NCBI GenBank assembly: GCA_965246715.1
Contig: CBDFFH010000002.1
Span: forward strand, 128,001-192,000
Direction: 5' to 3'
DNA from: Chamaesiphon sp.
Lineage (GTDB): Bacteria; Cyanobacteriota; Cyanobacteriia; Cyanobacteriales; Chamaesiphonaceae
Length of the DNA: 64,000 bases
This document shows positions 10,049-20,847 of the stretch, piece by piece; position 1 is the stretch's first letter; every line of letters begins with the position of its first letter. The notes beneath the pieces were generated by a model. It was not told where the DNA came from. It did no database searches and worked only from the letters and a program-made list of their open reading frames with translations. Made by a program: the position numbers and the translations under genes.

Positions 10049-10772
10049 AAACCATCAGCCATAACTCGATCTAGATGTCGAACAGCTTAGTGTGGAAGTT
10101 ACGTAGTGTAATTTAATGCACTGGTGTCAGCAGAGTTAATACTCGATCGATATTTATCCTGAGATTTAAATACCCGATCGCATAATTGTCAATAACTAAT
10201 ATCACAATAATATCCTGGGTATGATATGTAACGATCGATCGATACATTACAAATATCGATAGATTTAATACATTTTTAATATTTAATGTCGATCGATAGC
10301 CGCTATAAATGCCTGCATTATTCTTACCAACAACGATTAAAAATTAGCAGCGATCGCGCAAAAAATTCCAGCCCTAATCCTGCCAATCATGATAAGTCGG
10401 CAATTTGGCTTAGTTGATTACATCATATTACTAATTGTGAAGAGCCGAGGTCGATCTGCTTAGAAAGCATGTTTTAATACAGTGACTGAGCGCTATGTTT
10501 TAAAACGCGGTAATAAGCTGAATCGAGCTTAGCTTCAGGTTGTAACGACATCAAACGATATCGATCGAGTTTTGTTTGTTGAAACTTAATTAATGCCTTG
10601 TATGAGTAAAATATAAAATTACATCCAAGTCGATAGCGAATATTTTTCGACAAAGGTAGAGTAATAATCGGCGAGACGAATCAGTCGAGCGATATCGGGC
10701 TGGGGCATTCGACCTCAGTAGTTTTGGTCGTTCACAGCTAAATATTTATTAATCTCCGCAGGCAATACTACC

Positions 10773-12091
10773 GTGTTAATTAAACAAGATATTTCAGACT
10801 CACATTCTTACCACCAAAGATTAAATATCGTCGATCGAGATCGAACGATTACTAAAGCCGATCGCGACCCAAATTACCTCAATCGCGATCGAGGAGCTAG
10901 TCTCGATTGCACTCATCACAGCCGTAAAAACTCTGGCGTGGCAGTCTTAGCGAGATCGCCGTCTGGCGAGTTATCAAGTTTGGGGAATGGAGTCGCTCGC
11001 CCGCACCTGATGGAGCATCTGCCGTTAAAGAGCCATCACACCAATCTTGGCAGCCTGCAAATAGTTACGCTGGAATGGCAATCGACATTTAAATTGGAGT
11101 ACTGCCCGATCGTGGCAGATTACACGATCTGCTTACCGCTATATGGTTGTAGCGATCGCAACGATCGAGTTAGTCCCGTGTCAACAGCTACTGTGATCGA
11201 TCCCGGTCGATCTTTTGCTGGGATTGCTGGTTCAGCGGGTTCCATCGCGTTCGTAGGGATCGATCGTGAGACGATCGAGAACGAGCTGGCAAAATTACTC
11301 GATCGGGCATTAAAACAACCGTTATTATTTGAGCCAACCATCGATCTCCGTACCGATTTTGGGATGAGTTTGAAGGAACTGATCGAATTTGTGGGACGAC
11401 AGCGCGATCCAGCGTTGAATATTTCATCACCCTTGATGCAGGGAGAGTTAGCAGGGGCTTTATTGGCTTGCTTGCTTAAAGGAAGTTAAAAATAACTATT
11501 CTGATGAAATCCTGTATCACAGTCAGGGGGCTTTTGCCTGCTATGTCAATAAAGCTATTGCTTTCATCGAGTCTCATCTTCAGGACGAGATCGATCTCGC
11601 AGATATTGCTGGGGCAGTGAATATTTCGCCGAGGCTGCTCCAAAAAGCCTTTGCCCAACAATATGACTGTTCGCCCATGCGATTTGTCACCCGATCGCGG
11701 CTGCAGCGAATCCGGCAGGAATTGGAGCGAGCCAGTGGAGATACCCGGATTGTGGATGTGATGATGAATTATGGCATTACCCAAGGTGGGAAGTTTGCCA
11801 AAGAATATCAGCAGTTATTTGGCGAAAAACCCTCAGATACCTTGAAACGCGCCAATCAGATCGATCGAAAACACCCATCCGCTCTGGCAAGAAATCGACG
11901 ATTTTCGCTCCGAGCAGATCGTCGGGGGAGTAGCTCCTGCAGCTCGCCGCAATCTCGATCTCCCGATCGATGGTTTCACGCTACCGCCCTTCTGGTGCGA
12001 TCCTGCGATGTGGGGCAGTTATTTACGAATGATGGGGATACATTTAACCAACCAGTTGCTGCCATCTGCGATCGCTTTGCCGATCGACTAG
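10773..12091 (+). pseudogene. AraC-family transcriptional regulator with two +1 frameshifts and a GG-leader-like C-terminal extension
   Basis: N-terminal AraC ligand-binding-like part 10773-11489. After a +1 shift near 11484 it reads NNYSDEIL..KAIAFIESHLQDEIDLADIAGAVNISPRLLQKAF..FAKEYQQLFGEKPSDTLKR (AraC HTH). After a second +1 near 11875 it reads PLWQEIDDFRSEQIVGG... to TAG 12089-12091. Confidence 0.75.
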
Positions 12092-12158
12092 CTCGAAATA
12101 AATTGAATATGCTCACATCTTGCATCAGTTTAAATCTACTATTGCTTAGCGTAGATCC

Positions 12159-12221
12159 AGGGTACCCACAAGGGGCACCCCTACAGGTTAATTGTGTAGG
12201 GGTGCCCCTTGTGGGTACCCT
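12159..12221. repeat. Perfect 27-bp inverted repeat (GTAG REP-like doublet / possible terminator)
   Basis: AGGGTACCCACAAGGGGCACCCCTACA-9nt-TGTAGGGGTGCCCCTTGTGGGTACCCT. Confidence 0.85.
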
Positions 12222-12485
12222 CAGCTTCCAGCTGGTGATCCTGTATTGGTGCCAGAGGTGAATATGCCAAATACGATCCGATCGGTCGATCTGACGTTCG
12301 CGATTGGCATTTCCCCACTCGGTTGCAACTTGTATTATGAACTCATGGAAGCACTCAACTGCTGCGCGATCGAGTTTACTACCCTTCACACCGAGTCCAA
12401 TCTATCCGGGGATGAAGTAGTCAGCAAGAGCTTGCCAGTTGAGGGATCTCCACTTTCAATTCACCATATTTTCTGGAGCAGTAAT

Positions 12486-12758
12486 ATGACTACTAATTTT
12501 TGGATCGAAATTTCTGATGATTCCGCTCAAAATGTCAGTGGTGGTTTCAACAGCGCCTACGGGAATGTTTATTTCAGCGAATACTTTAACGTTTATAAAA
12601 ACGTTTACTCTAACGTAGATCCTCGTGGTCACTTGGCAACTGCGGAGTCCGATGCTAAAGCATATGGCTATGGAACGGTCGCGCAGATCTTTACTTACAC
12701 TGAAACCACTCCTTATAGCTCTTATGCACAAGGCACCAGTATCTCAGCAAGTAAATAA
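12486..12758 (+). CDS. Double-glycine-leader precursor 1 (bacteriocin/EbfG-like secreted protein)
   Basis: GGAG RBS then MTTNFWIEISDDSAQNVSGG|; core rich in Y/S/T/A/N; upstream of the C39 transporter. Confidence 0.8.
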   Translation: MTTNFWIEISDDSAQNVSGGFNSAYGNVYFSEYFNVYKNVYSNVDPRGHLATAESDAKAYGYGTVAQIFTYTETTPYSSYAQGTSISASK

Positions 12759-12947
12759 CGACTATCTTGGTTAAAGTGTAACCGCCACCGACTGGTCTAC
12801 TATCACGTTGTGTGGTTGGCGATCGAGGTAACTAGAGATGCGGTTAAATCTCCATACTCTCTGGTTATCCTCACTAATTTCCGATCGAGCTGGTGAAAAT
12901 CGCCCGATCGAAACGTAGGGATATTTTATTATGAATTATTTTTTGCC

Positions 12948-13307
12948 ATGAAAAGCGTTGATGAGAGCTACCGTAAGGAGCCTTTAGACGGCTTTTTCTT
13001 TGTAGAGATTTCAGATTTTGCTGCTGCCGCGATTGTCGGGGGTGCAGTTGCTGGAGTGAGTGCAACCGCCTATGCGTCTGGTAATTCAAGCTTGGCTTGG
13101 ACGAATACCAGTACTAGTGCAACTCACTTGCCCTGGGGCGGATCGATCGCCCAAGGATACGGAACTGCGGTCGCGATCGGAAATAATCCATCGTCTAATG
13201 TGAATGCTTTCGGCAGCGGAGATATCGTACTGACATACAATTCGACTTACTCTACCAAAAAAAAATCGGTTTCTACCGGATATGTCTTCGCCCTCGACCT
13301 TCCGTGA
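12948..13307 (+). CDS. Double-glycine-leader precursor 2
   Basis: FFVEISDFAAAAIVGG| then an A/S/T/G-rich core ending GYVFALDLP. Confidence 0.8.
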   Translation: MKSVDESYRKEPLDGFFFVEISDFAAAAIVGGAVAGVSATAYASGNSSLAWTNTSTSATHLPWGGSIAQGYGTAVAIGNNPSSNVNAFGSGDIVLTYNSTYSTKKKSVSTGYVFALDLP

Positions 13308-13335
13308 TTAAACTTCCAAGAAACAGGCACAGATT

Positions 13336-13704
13336 ATGAAAACTACTAAATCGAGCTGTCGAGTAGTGCATCCTGACAGCTTTTGCTCAATTGAAGTCTC
13401 GGACACTGTCGCAGCCACCATCGTTGGGGGCATCGCGATTGCAGTTGGAGCCGAGTCATCTGCTGCTGGGAATTCAGGCTTTGTCTACATCGATCCAACT
13501 ACTACGGCAGAATACCTGTCTTTTGATAGTGCGATCGGCAATGTTAAAGAAGTTGCTGCCACGCTCGAACAGATGGCATCTACTTATCAGACCAGTTACC
13601 AGAGCGGCGACAAGGTGTTTGGGTTTACCAAGAAGTACCATTGCTTTAAACATCAAGCTTGGATGATGGCGAAGGGATTTGGCTTCGCCATCGAGTATCC
13701 TTAA
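13336..13704 (+). CDS. Double-glycine-leader precursor 3 (paralogue of 2)
   Basis: CSIEVSDTVAATIVGG|; core resembles precursor 2 (AAGNSG vs ASGNSS; GFGFAIEYP vs GYVFALDLP). Confidence 0.75.
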   Translation: MKTTKSSCRVVHPDSFCSIEVSDTVAATIVGGIAIAVGAESSAAGNSGFVYIDPTTTAEYLSFDSAIGNVKEVAATLEQMASTYQTSYQSGDKVFGFTKKYHCFKHQAWMMAKGFGFAIEYP

Positions 13705-13797
13705 CCGTCGCCGTACTCGTCCAGCCCTGCCCGTTCCTGAGAGTTAGTAGGGCTATTTCCCCGAATCGATCGGTAGTATTAATTGAGGCACACACTC

Positions 13798-15942
13798 ATG
13801 CCATATTCCTGCACCCTCCAACATAGTGAAGAAGACTGTGGCGCAGCTTGTCTGGCTACCGTTGCGAAGCATTATGGGCGGAACTTCACACTTGCCCGGA
13901 TTCGGGATGCGGTGGGGACGGGATCTCGCGGTACGACCTTACTGGGCTTGCGGCGGGGTGCAGAAGCATTGGGGTTTCATGCGCGCCAAGCCCAGGCGAC
14001 TCTAGACGCGATCGAGCATTTAAATCGAGCACCTTTACCTTTAGTCATTCATTGGCAGGGCAATCACTGGGTCGTACTCTACCGCCAGCGGGGGAAGAAA
14101 TATATTATCGCCGATCCGGCAGTCGGCATTCGGTATTTAACCAAACAAGAACTACTAGATGGGTGGTCGAATGGTTTGATGCTGGTGTTGCAGCCCGACG
14201 AGGAGCGATTTTACGAACAGCCCAATGATAAAGTTGGCGGATTCGGGCGATTTCTCCGCCGAGTTTTTCCGTATCGGTGGATTCTGCTCCAAGCGATCGT
14301 TATTAACATCGCGATCGGCATCTTGGCGCTGGCGCTACCGATTCTGATGCAGATCCTGACCGATGATGTGCTCGTCAGGGGGGATTTACAGCTACTGACG
14401 ACGGTAGCGATCGCGGTAATTACGATGAACTTGTTTCGGAGCGCGATCGGGTTGATTCAGTCCCATTTAGTGGGACATTTCGGTCAGCGATTGCAATTGG
14501 GGCTGACTCTCGACTATGGTTTCAACCTGCTGCGCCTGCCTTTATCCTATTTCGACGCTCACCGCAGTGGCGAAGTCATCAGTCGGTTGGGGGATGTCCG
14601 CACCGTCAATAATTTAGTCGGGCAGATCGTCCTCGGTTTGCCCAGTCAGTTTTTTATTGCGATCGTCTCGCTGGTGTTGATGCTCCTCTACACCTGGCAA
14701 CTCAGCCTCGCGGCGATCGCGGCTTTTGTCCTCCTCACACTAGTCAACCTCTTATTTCTCCCCGCACTGCGCCAAAAAACTCGCAGCCTGCTCGTCGAAG
14801 GGACGGAAAATCAAGGATTTTTAGTTGAAACCTTCCGCAGCGCCTTAGTCCTCAAAACGACGCAAGCCACACCCCAAGTTTGGGATGAGTATCAGTTGAA
14901 TTTTGGGCGACTGGCAAATCTGAGTTGGGGCGCGATGAAACTGGGCATGTATAGCTCTACGCTGACAGGGATTATCTCTAACTTAACCACGATCGGCTTA
15001 CTCTGGTTTGGGAGTTATCTAGTCATCGATCGCACCCTCTCGATCGGTCAGTTAATCTCATTTAATGGGATGAGTAGTAACTTTCTCGGATTTCTGAGTG
15101 CGGTTGTCGGTTTGACCGATGAATTTATTACCGCCCAGATTGTGATTCAACGGCTCTCGGAAGTGCTCGATGCCCAGCCAGAGGAAGCTTATACTACGTC
15201 TAAGCCGTGGGCTGATATTCCCCAAGATGCCAATATTTCTTGCCTGCAAGTTAATTTTCACCATGCGGGACGAGTCACGCTGCTAAAGGATTTCAACCTA
15301 ACTATTCCCGGCGGGAAAGTTATCGCCCTGATCGGCGAATCTGGCTGCGGAAAGAGTACGCTTGCCAAACTCATTGCTGGATTGTACCCACTTCAGTCGG
15401 GGAATATCCGCTACGGGGTATACAACCAGCAAGATTTAGCCCTAGAATGCTTGCGCCAACAAGTAGTATTAGTCGTCCAGGATGCCCAATTTTGGAGCCG
15501 ATCGATTATCGATAATTTCCGGCTTGCCTATCCCAATCTCTCGTTCGAGCGGATCGTGCGCGCTTGTCAAATTGCTGGAGCGGATGAGTTTATTAGCGAA
15601 TTACCGGATAAGTATCAGACCGTATTGGGCGAATTTGGCGCAAACCTGTCCGGCGGCCAAAAACAACGGTTGGCACTCGCCCGTGCCTTAGTCACTGCTC
15701 CATCCGTACTGATCTTAGATGAATCCACTGGCGCACTCGATCCAACGACTGAAACTGAGGTGTTGGAGCGAGTGCTGGCATCCCGCAAACAGCGCACCAC
15801 GATCCTAATTAGCCATCGTCCCCGCGTTGTGCTCCGTGCCGATCTGGTCGTCTATCTCGATCGCGGTGAGCTGAAACTTATGGGTACTCCGAGTGACTTA
15901 TTAAGCATTGCTGGCGCGCATCAAAATTTTTTGAAGCCCTAA
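13798..15942 (+). CDS. Peptidase C39-containing ABC transporter (PCAT)
   Basis: QHSEEDCGAACLA, HWVVLY and ADP C39 motifs; ABC membrane domain; GESGCGKST, LSGGQKQR and LDEST. Confidence 0.95.
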   Translation: MPYSCTLQHSEEDCGAACLATVAKHYGRNFTLARIRDAVGTGSRGTTLLGLRRGAEALGFHARQAQATLDAIEHLNRAPLPLVIHWQGNHWVVLYRQRGKKYIIADPAVGIRYLTKQELLDGWSNGLMLVLQPDEERFYEQPNDKVGGFGRFLRRVFPYRWILLQAIVINIAIGILALALPILMQILTDDVLVRGDLQLLTTVAIAVITMNLFRSAIGLIQSHLVGHFGQRLQLGLTLDYGFNLLRLPLSYFDAHRSGEVISRLGDVRTVNNLVGQIVLGLPSQFFIAIVSLVLMLLYTWQLSLAAIAAFVLLTLVNLLFLPALRQKTRSLLVEGTENQGFLVETFRSALVLKTTQATPQVWDEYQLNFGRLANLSWGAMKLGMYSSTLTGIISNLTTIGLLWFGSYLVIDRTLSIGQLISFNGMSSNFLGFLSAVVGLTDEFITAQIVIQRLSEVLDAQPEEAYTTSKPWADIPQDANISCLQVNFHHAGRVTLLKDFNLTIPGGKVIALIGESGCGKSTLAKLIAGLYPLQSGNIRYGVYNQQDLALECLRQQVVLVVQDAQFWSRSIIDNFRLAYPNLSFERIVRACQIAGADEFISELPDKYQTVLGEFGANLSGGQKQRLALARALVTAPSVLILDESTGALDPTTETEVLERVLASRKQRTTILISHRPRVVLRADLVVYLDRGELKLMGTPSDLLSIAGAHQNFLKP

Positions 15943-15992
15943 AATATTATTTTTTTAGAATTAACTGTTGAATATTTATTGGTACAGGTAAT

Positions 15993-17696
15993 ATGAGCAA
16001 CCGTAACCTCCTCAATGGCAAAAGCGATCGTGATTTTAGCGACGGCAAAATGTTTACGACCAACTTCTCCACCACGAGTGGTTATATCCGCTCCCAATTT
16101 AAGGAGAGTGCCTTAAATCCGAGTGATACTTCGATAACTCTACCCGAACCGAGTGGTTCTCTAGTCGCGGCACCAGAACCGAGCGGTGCGTTAGTTCCGT
16201 ATCAGCCTAATGTCGGGGATCTCTGTCGCCAAACTACACCAGATGATTATTTGCCCTCGATCGGTCGATTTCTACCGATTTGCGGCGCAGGCATGGTGGG
16301 GTTATTTTGCATGGCGATCGGTCTGAGTTCGATTTTAAAATATAAGACTACCGTTCAAGCTTCTGCAACGATTCGGCCCAACGGCGAACTGCGGATCGTT
16401 CAATCCGCGATCGACGGTTCGGTAGTGAGTATCCGCGTGCGGGACAATCAAGTCGTCAAACCGGGAGAGATCGTCGCCACTGTCAGAGATTTACGGCTCG
16501 AAAGTAAATTACAAACCAAGCGCGCTCAATTAATCGGCGACATTCACAAAGGTAAGCAACAGATCGGTAAAATTGACGCTCAAATTCTCGCGCTCCAGCA
16601 TCAAAGTATGGGCGAACTGGAGCAAACAGATCGATCGATTGCTGGGATCGAATCCGAACGCAGTCGTGCGGAGCGCGACTATCGCGACAAACAACGCATC
16701 AGTCGCGCCGAAGTTACGGAAGCTACCGCCAATATCGAAACTGCCAAGAAAGATAAACAAGCCGCCGAGATGGAATTACTCGTCGCCAATGCTAATTTAA
16801 AATCGATTCAAGCCGCTCATCAAGCTGCGGTGGCCAAACGCGATCGTTATCAAGACGCAGGTACGGCAGGGGCGATTCCCCAAAATCAAGTGGAAGAAGC
16901 CCAACTCGCTGCCGAACAACAAGCCCAAGCCATTGCTGCCCAACAAGCGACGATTGCCAAGCAAACCCAAACCATCGCCCGCTTGCACCAAATCATCGTC
17001 TCAGCACAAGCTAGAGCGACCCGGATTCAGGTTGCCCTCGATCCCAGTCATGCCGAAGTCGAACAAATCGCCCATAAAATCGAGCGCGAACGGGCAAATA
17101 GCAAAACAACAATCGCCCGGTTCCAGCAAGAGCGCCAAAAACTGCTCCAACAACGGGTCGAGATCGCTAATCAAATTGTTACTACCAAGCGCGAAATCGC
17201 CCAAATTGCTACCGATCTCCAGCCTACCGCGATCGTTGCGCCGATCGCTGGCACGATCCAGGACTTGACACTGCGAAATAATCATCAGGTCGTACATTCC
17301 GGCGATAGTCTGGCGCGAATTTTGCCTACTGGTACGGCAATGCAAATTAAGGCTTATGTTGCCCTTGCGGATATTGGCAAGGTAAATATCGGGCAAACGG
17401 TGCAAATGCGTGTATCCGCCTGTCCGTATACCGAAAATGGCGTGTTGGCAGGGAAAGTAACTGAGGTCTCTGCTGATGCCAAGTCGAGCGATAAAACTGC
17501 TGCTAGCGCGCAGCAATTACCATCAGCAGCCAATAGCTATGCGGTCACGATCGAACCAGCTACCGCTAGTATCGGTACTGGTAAAAGTAAATGCCACATG
17601 CGCTCGGGCATGGAAGGTCGAGTGGATATTATTTCTAAGGAAGAAACCATCCTCCAATTCATGCTGCAAAAGGCGCGGTTATTAGTCAATTCTTAA
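15993..17696 (+). CDS. HlyD-family membrane fusion protein
   Basis: TM helix, IVQSAIDGSV lipoyl half-motif, long coiled coil, IVAPIAGTI; directly follows the PCAT. Confidence 0.9.
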   Translation: MSNRNLLNGKSDRDFSDGKMFTTNFSTTSGYIRSQFKESALNPSDTSITLPEPSGSLVAAPEPSGALVPYQPNVGDLCRQTTPDDYLPSIGRFLPICGAGMVGLFCMAIGLSSILKYKTTVQASATIRPNGELRIVQSAIDGSVVSIRVRDNQVVKPGEIVATVRDLRLESKLQTKRAQLIGDIHKGKQQIGKIDAQILALQHQSMGELEQTDRSIAGIESERSRAERDYRDKQRISRAEVTEATANIETAKKDKQAAEMELLVANANLKSIQAAHQAAVAKRDRYQDAGTAGAIPQNQVEEAQLAAEQQAQAIAAQQATIAKQTQTIARLHQIIVSAQARATRIQVALDPSHAEVEQIAHKIERERANSKTTIARFQQERQKLLQQRVEIANQIVTTKREIAQIATDLQPTAIVAPIAGTIQDLTLRNNHQVVHSGDSLARILPTGTAMQIKAYVALADIGKVNIGQTVQMRVSACPYTENGVLAGKVTEVSADAKSSDKTAASAQQLPSAANSYAVTIEPATASIGTGKSKCHMRSGMEGRVDIISKEETILQFMLQKARLLVNS

Positions 17697-18739
17697 AAAT
17701 CCACACTACTCCAGATCGCCAGTAACCCCAGCCATAATAGAAAACTATAGCGGGTCAGATTCAGAGCTTGCTCGATAATTTCCGGTGAGATCGATCGAGT
17801 TGCATCGCCCAATAGTGGCTTCTCCTGTATTTGCCCTCGATAGTAATTGATGCCCCCAACTTGCACCCCCAATGCTGCGGCGTAGGCGCATTCACTCCAG
17901 CCAGAATTGGGACTAGGATCTTGACGCGCATCGCGCCAACACAGTCGCCAGACAATCAGCGGTTTACCAGAAATGATGCTCAGGGTGAGGACGGTAAGCC
18001 GACAGGGGAGCCAAGTCAGCACATCCTCAGTTTTGGCACTACACCAGCCGAGATCGGCGTATGGCTCGCGACGATAGCCAACCATTGAATCGAGGGTACT
18101 GGCGGCTTTGTAGGCCATTGCCAGCGGTACGGCTCCGATCGCGGGGATAAATGCGCCGACGATCGCGTAGAATAATGGAGCCATCACACCATCAACAGCA
18201 TTTTCGGTAATGGTTTCGAGGATCGCACGATAGATATCGGGAATGGTGAGTTTATCGGTATCGCGACCGACATACATCCTTAATTGCGATCGGGCCGCAG
18301 CCAGATCATCAGTCTTTATAGCTGCGACAACATCCTCAGCTGCTTTCCGGAGACTTTTGCCAGCAAAACAACTAGCTAAGGCGATCGATCTTACGGCCAT
18401 TCCCCACCACGGATGCAACCACTGACAAACATCGATTAGCAGCCAACTCACGATCGCCGTACCCAAGATTAAACCCCAGCACAATACCACTCCAGCCAGC
18501 CGGCGCGAATCCGGATGCAGGCAATATTTGAGGGCGGTCTGGGTAAATCTGTGGATAAACCAGCCCATGACCTGAACTGGATGCAAGCATTCCCACGGAT
18601 CGCCAATCAGGTAGTCTAGATACGCCGCAATAAACAGGAAATAGTAGAGATGAGCGCTTAGCAAGTAAGTAACGTGAGTTCGGGACAAGAATTTAAGCTG
18701 CGCCCCCAATTCAAGTACCAGACGATCGATAAACACCAC
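17693..18739 (-). CDS. cbiB: Adenosylcobinamide-phosphate synthase CbiB/CobD (start uncertain, probably further downstream)
   Basis: LDYLIGDP..HPV, VGRDT, TENAVDGVMAPLFY, TLDSMVGY and SPNSGW motifs. Confidence 0.93.
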   Translation of the reverse strand: MVFIDRLVLELGAQLKFLSRTHVTYLLSAHLYYFLFIAAYLDYLIGDPWECLHPVQVMGWFIHRFTQTALKYCLHPDSRRLAGVVLCWGLILGTAIVSWLLIDVCQWLHPWWGMAVRSIALASCFAGKSLRKAAEDVVAAIKTDDLAAARSQLRMYVGRDTDKLTIPDIYRAILETITENAVDGVMAPLFYAIVGAFIPAIGAVPLAMAYKAASTLDSMVGYRREPYADLGWCSAKTEDVLTWLPCRLTVLTLSIISGKPLIVWRLCWRDARQDPSPNSGWSECAYAAALGVQVGGINYYRGQIQEKPLLGDATRSISPEIIEQALNLTRYSFLLWLGLLAIWSSVDF

Positions 18740-18884
18740 CCACAGATCGACCCATAGTGCGGAGCTAATGCGAAGCGCTCTGTGCTGCTTACAAACTAAC
18801 CCTTGTGCAGGGGAGTTTGAGGGGCGGCACTCCGCTCCTCAACGGGGGGTCTGGGGGTTCCGACCCCCAGATTCGGGTTTTTGC
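18729..18884 (-). repeat. ~155-bp GC-rich structured dispersed element (copy 1)
   Basis: Reverse complement aligns with 40218-40373; two hairpins. Confidence 0.8.
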
Positions 18885-19081
18885 TGCTCACAATAACTTA
18901 GAACCAAGCACCAGTCCAAGAATGGTCTAAAAGGGAAATCCTTAACCCGAACTGACGTTAGATTAATTGTCAAGCGGCATTTTAGGCGATTGCTGACGCA
19001 GACTGCAAGCCGTTCGACACACAGGTAAAAGCCAGCAAGAGGTTTGCCAGCCCACAGCAACGATCTTTGCTCGAGCGAAAC

Positions 19082-19291
19082 TCAGTAGCTACTATCGTCA
19101 GGGACAGCATGGACTGTCAGCTCGTGATTTGCCCCGTTCAGCCTGTCAGAAATTGCTTTGCGCCACTCCAGACTGATTGTGGGGTCGGCCAAGATTTCCA
19201 CTGCTGCTTGACGATATGCCGCACTAGTAGTTGCATCGACGCGATCGATCGATTCCAGGTTTTTGTAGACGGTTTCTAGAGAAGGTTGCAC
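19082..19291 (-). CDS. Small hypothetical protein
   Basis: 69 aa, GTG start with GAGG RBS, co-oriented downstream of gltD. Confidence 0.65.
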   Translation of the reverse strand: MQPSLETVYKNLESIDRVDATTSAAYRQAAVEILADPTISLEWRKAISDRLNGANHELTVHAVPDDSSY

Positions 19292-19362
19292 GATCGGTAC
19301 CTCTATTAGTTAGTTTAGAATAGGTAAAAACGTTTTATCAGCACATTTCGACAATTCGATCG

Positions 19363-20847
19363 TTAGGGTAAGTCGGTATTGCCCATCAGGAATCGATCGC
19401 ATTCACGCGCGGCACCGCGACCTTCATTAATCGCCCAGACGACCAAACTTTGACCGCGCCGACAGTCACCTGCGGCAAATACGCCCGGAAGACTGGTAGT
19501 ATAGCGATCGTGGTCGGCTTTGATATTGCTCCGAGCATCTTTCTCGACACCGAGAGCATCGATTAATGGCTGTTCGGGGCCGAGGAAGCCCATCGCTAAT
19601 AAAACGAGTTGTGCGGGAACCACCCGTTCGCTACCAGGAATGTGGTTGAGGACGAATTGACCTTTTTCGTTTTTCTCCCACTGGACATTGACGATGTGAA
19701 CGGCGGTAACATTCCCGTTTTCATCGCCTTCAAATTTGGTGGCGGTGGTGAGATATGCGCGCGGATCTGCGCCAAATTTGGCAGCAGCTTCTTCTTGCCC
19801 ATAGTCCATTTTGTAGACTTTCGGCCATTCTGGCCAGGGATTATCCTGGGCACGGGTGAGGGGTGGCGTGGGCATGATCTCCAGTTGGGTGGCATTGGTA
19901 CAACCGTGGCGAATGGAGGTACCGACACAATCGGTACCAGTGTCACCACCACCGATGATGACAACGTTTTTGCCTGCGGCGGAGATGAAGTTTGGATGTT
20001 CGCTGTTGTCTAAGACTGTTTGAGTATTGGCAGTCAGAAAGTCCATGGCGAAGTGGATGCCTTGGAGTTGGCGACCTTCGATCGGTAGATCTCGAGGTTT
20101 AGTCGCACCAGTGCAAAGTACGACGGCAGCGTACTGAGATAGAAGGTCGGCGGTGGGAATATCTTTGCCAACTTCAACGTTACATTTAAATACGATCCCT
20201 TCGGCTTCGAGCAGTTGGAGGCGACGGAAGACGACTTGCTCTTTCGCCAACTTCATGTTGGGAATACCATACATTAGCAGTCCGCCTGGTCTGTCCGCGC
20301 GTTCTAATACGGTGACCAAATGTCCAGCTTTATTCAATTGAGCTGCTGCGGCAAGTCCCGCAGGGCCAGAGCCAATCACGGCAACTTTTTTGCCTGTTCG
20401 TTTGGCTGGCGGTTCGGCAACGATCCAGCCTTCTTCCCAGCCTTTATCCACGATCGCGTGTTCGATACTCTTAATCGTCACCGCCGGGTTATGGATGCCC
20501 AATACACAAGAGCCTTCACATGGTGCAGGGCAGACTCTGCCAGTAAATTCAGGGAAATTATTGGTTTTGTGCAGTCTGTCTAGCGCTTCGCGCCAGAGTC
20601 CGCGATATACGAGGTCGTTCCATTCGGGGATCAGGTTATTGATCGGACAACCACTCGCCATCCCACTAATCAAGGTACCAGTATGACAGAACGGCGTGCC
20701 ACAATCCATACACCTTGCGCCCTGATTGCGGAGTTTGTCATCGGGCAGCGGAATGTGGAATTCATCCCAGTTGTGGATGCGATCGAGTGGCGCGATGTCG
20801 CCTTCTACTTCACGGCGATATTCGATAAAGCCTGTTGGTTTGCCCAT
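19363..20847 (-). CDS. gltD: NAD(P)H-dependent glutamate synthase small subunit
   Basis: MGKPTGF start, [38 protein letters not shown] and [15 protein letters not shown]. Confidence 0.95.
   Translation of the reverse strand: MGKPTGFIEYRREVEGDIAPLDRIHNWDEFHIPLPDDKLRNQGARCMDCGTPFCHTGTLISGMASGCPINNLIPEWNDLVYRGLWREALDRLHKTNNFPEFTGRVCPAPCEGSCVLGIHNPAVTIKSIEHAIVDKGWEEGWIVAEPPAKRTGKKVAVIGSGPAGLAAAAQLNKAGHLVTVLERADRPGGLLMYGIPNMKLAKEQVVFRRLQLLEAEGIVFKCNVEVGKDIPTADLLSQYAAVVLCTGATKPRDLPIEGRQLQGIHFAMDFLTANTQTVLDNSEHPNFISAAGKNVVIIGGGDTGTDCVGTSIRHGCTNATQLEIMPTPPLTRAQDNPWPEWPKVYKMDYGQEEAAAKFGADPRAYLTTATKFEGDENGNVTAVHIVNVQWEKNEKGQFVLNHIPGSERVVPAQLVLLAMGFLGPEQPLIDALGVEKDARSNIKADHDRYTTSLPGVFAAGDCRRGQSLVVWAINEGRGAARECDRFLMGNTDLP

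Noticed and set aside
11880..12261. C-terminal tail of the 214-aa ORF as real protein
   Set aside because: It looks like out-of-frame read-through into a palindrome; the +1 frame carries the meaningful leader motif.
12192..12485. N-terminal extension of the 188-aa ORF
   Set aside because: It begins inside the 27-bp palindrome; the RBS and GG leader point to ATG 12486.
18885..19070. Cobalamin riboswitch upstream of cbiB
   Set aside because: No recognisable B12-box or core motifs by eye; an Rfam search would be decisive.
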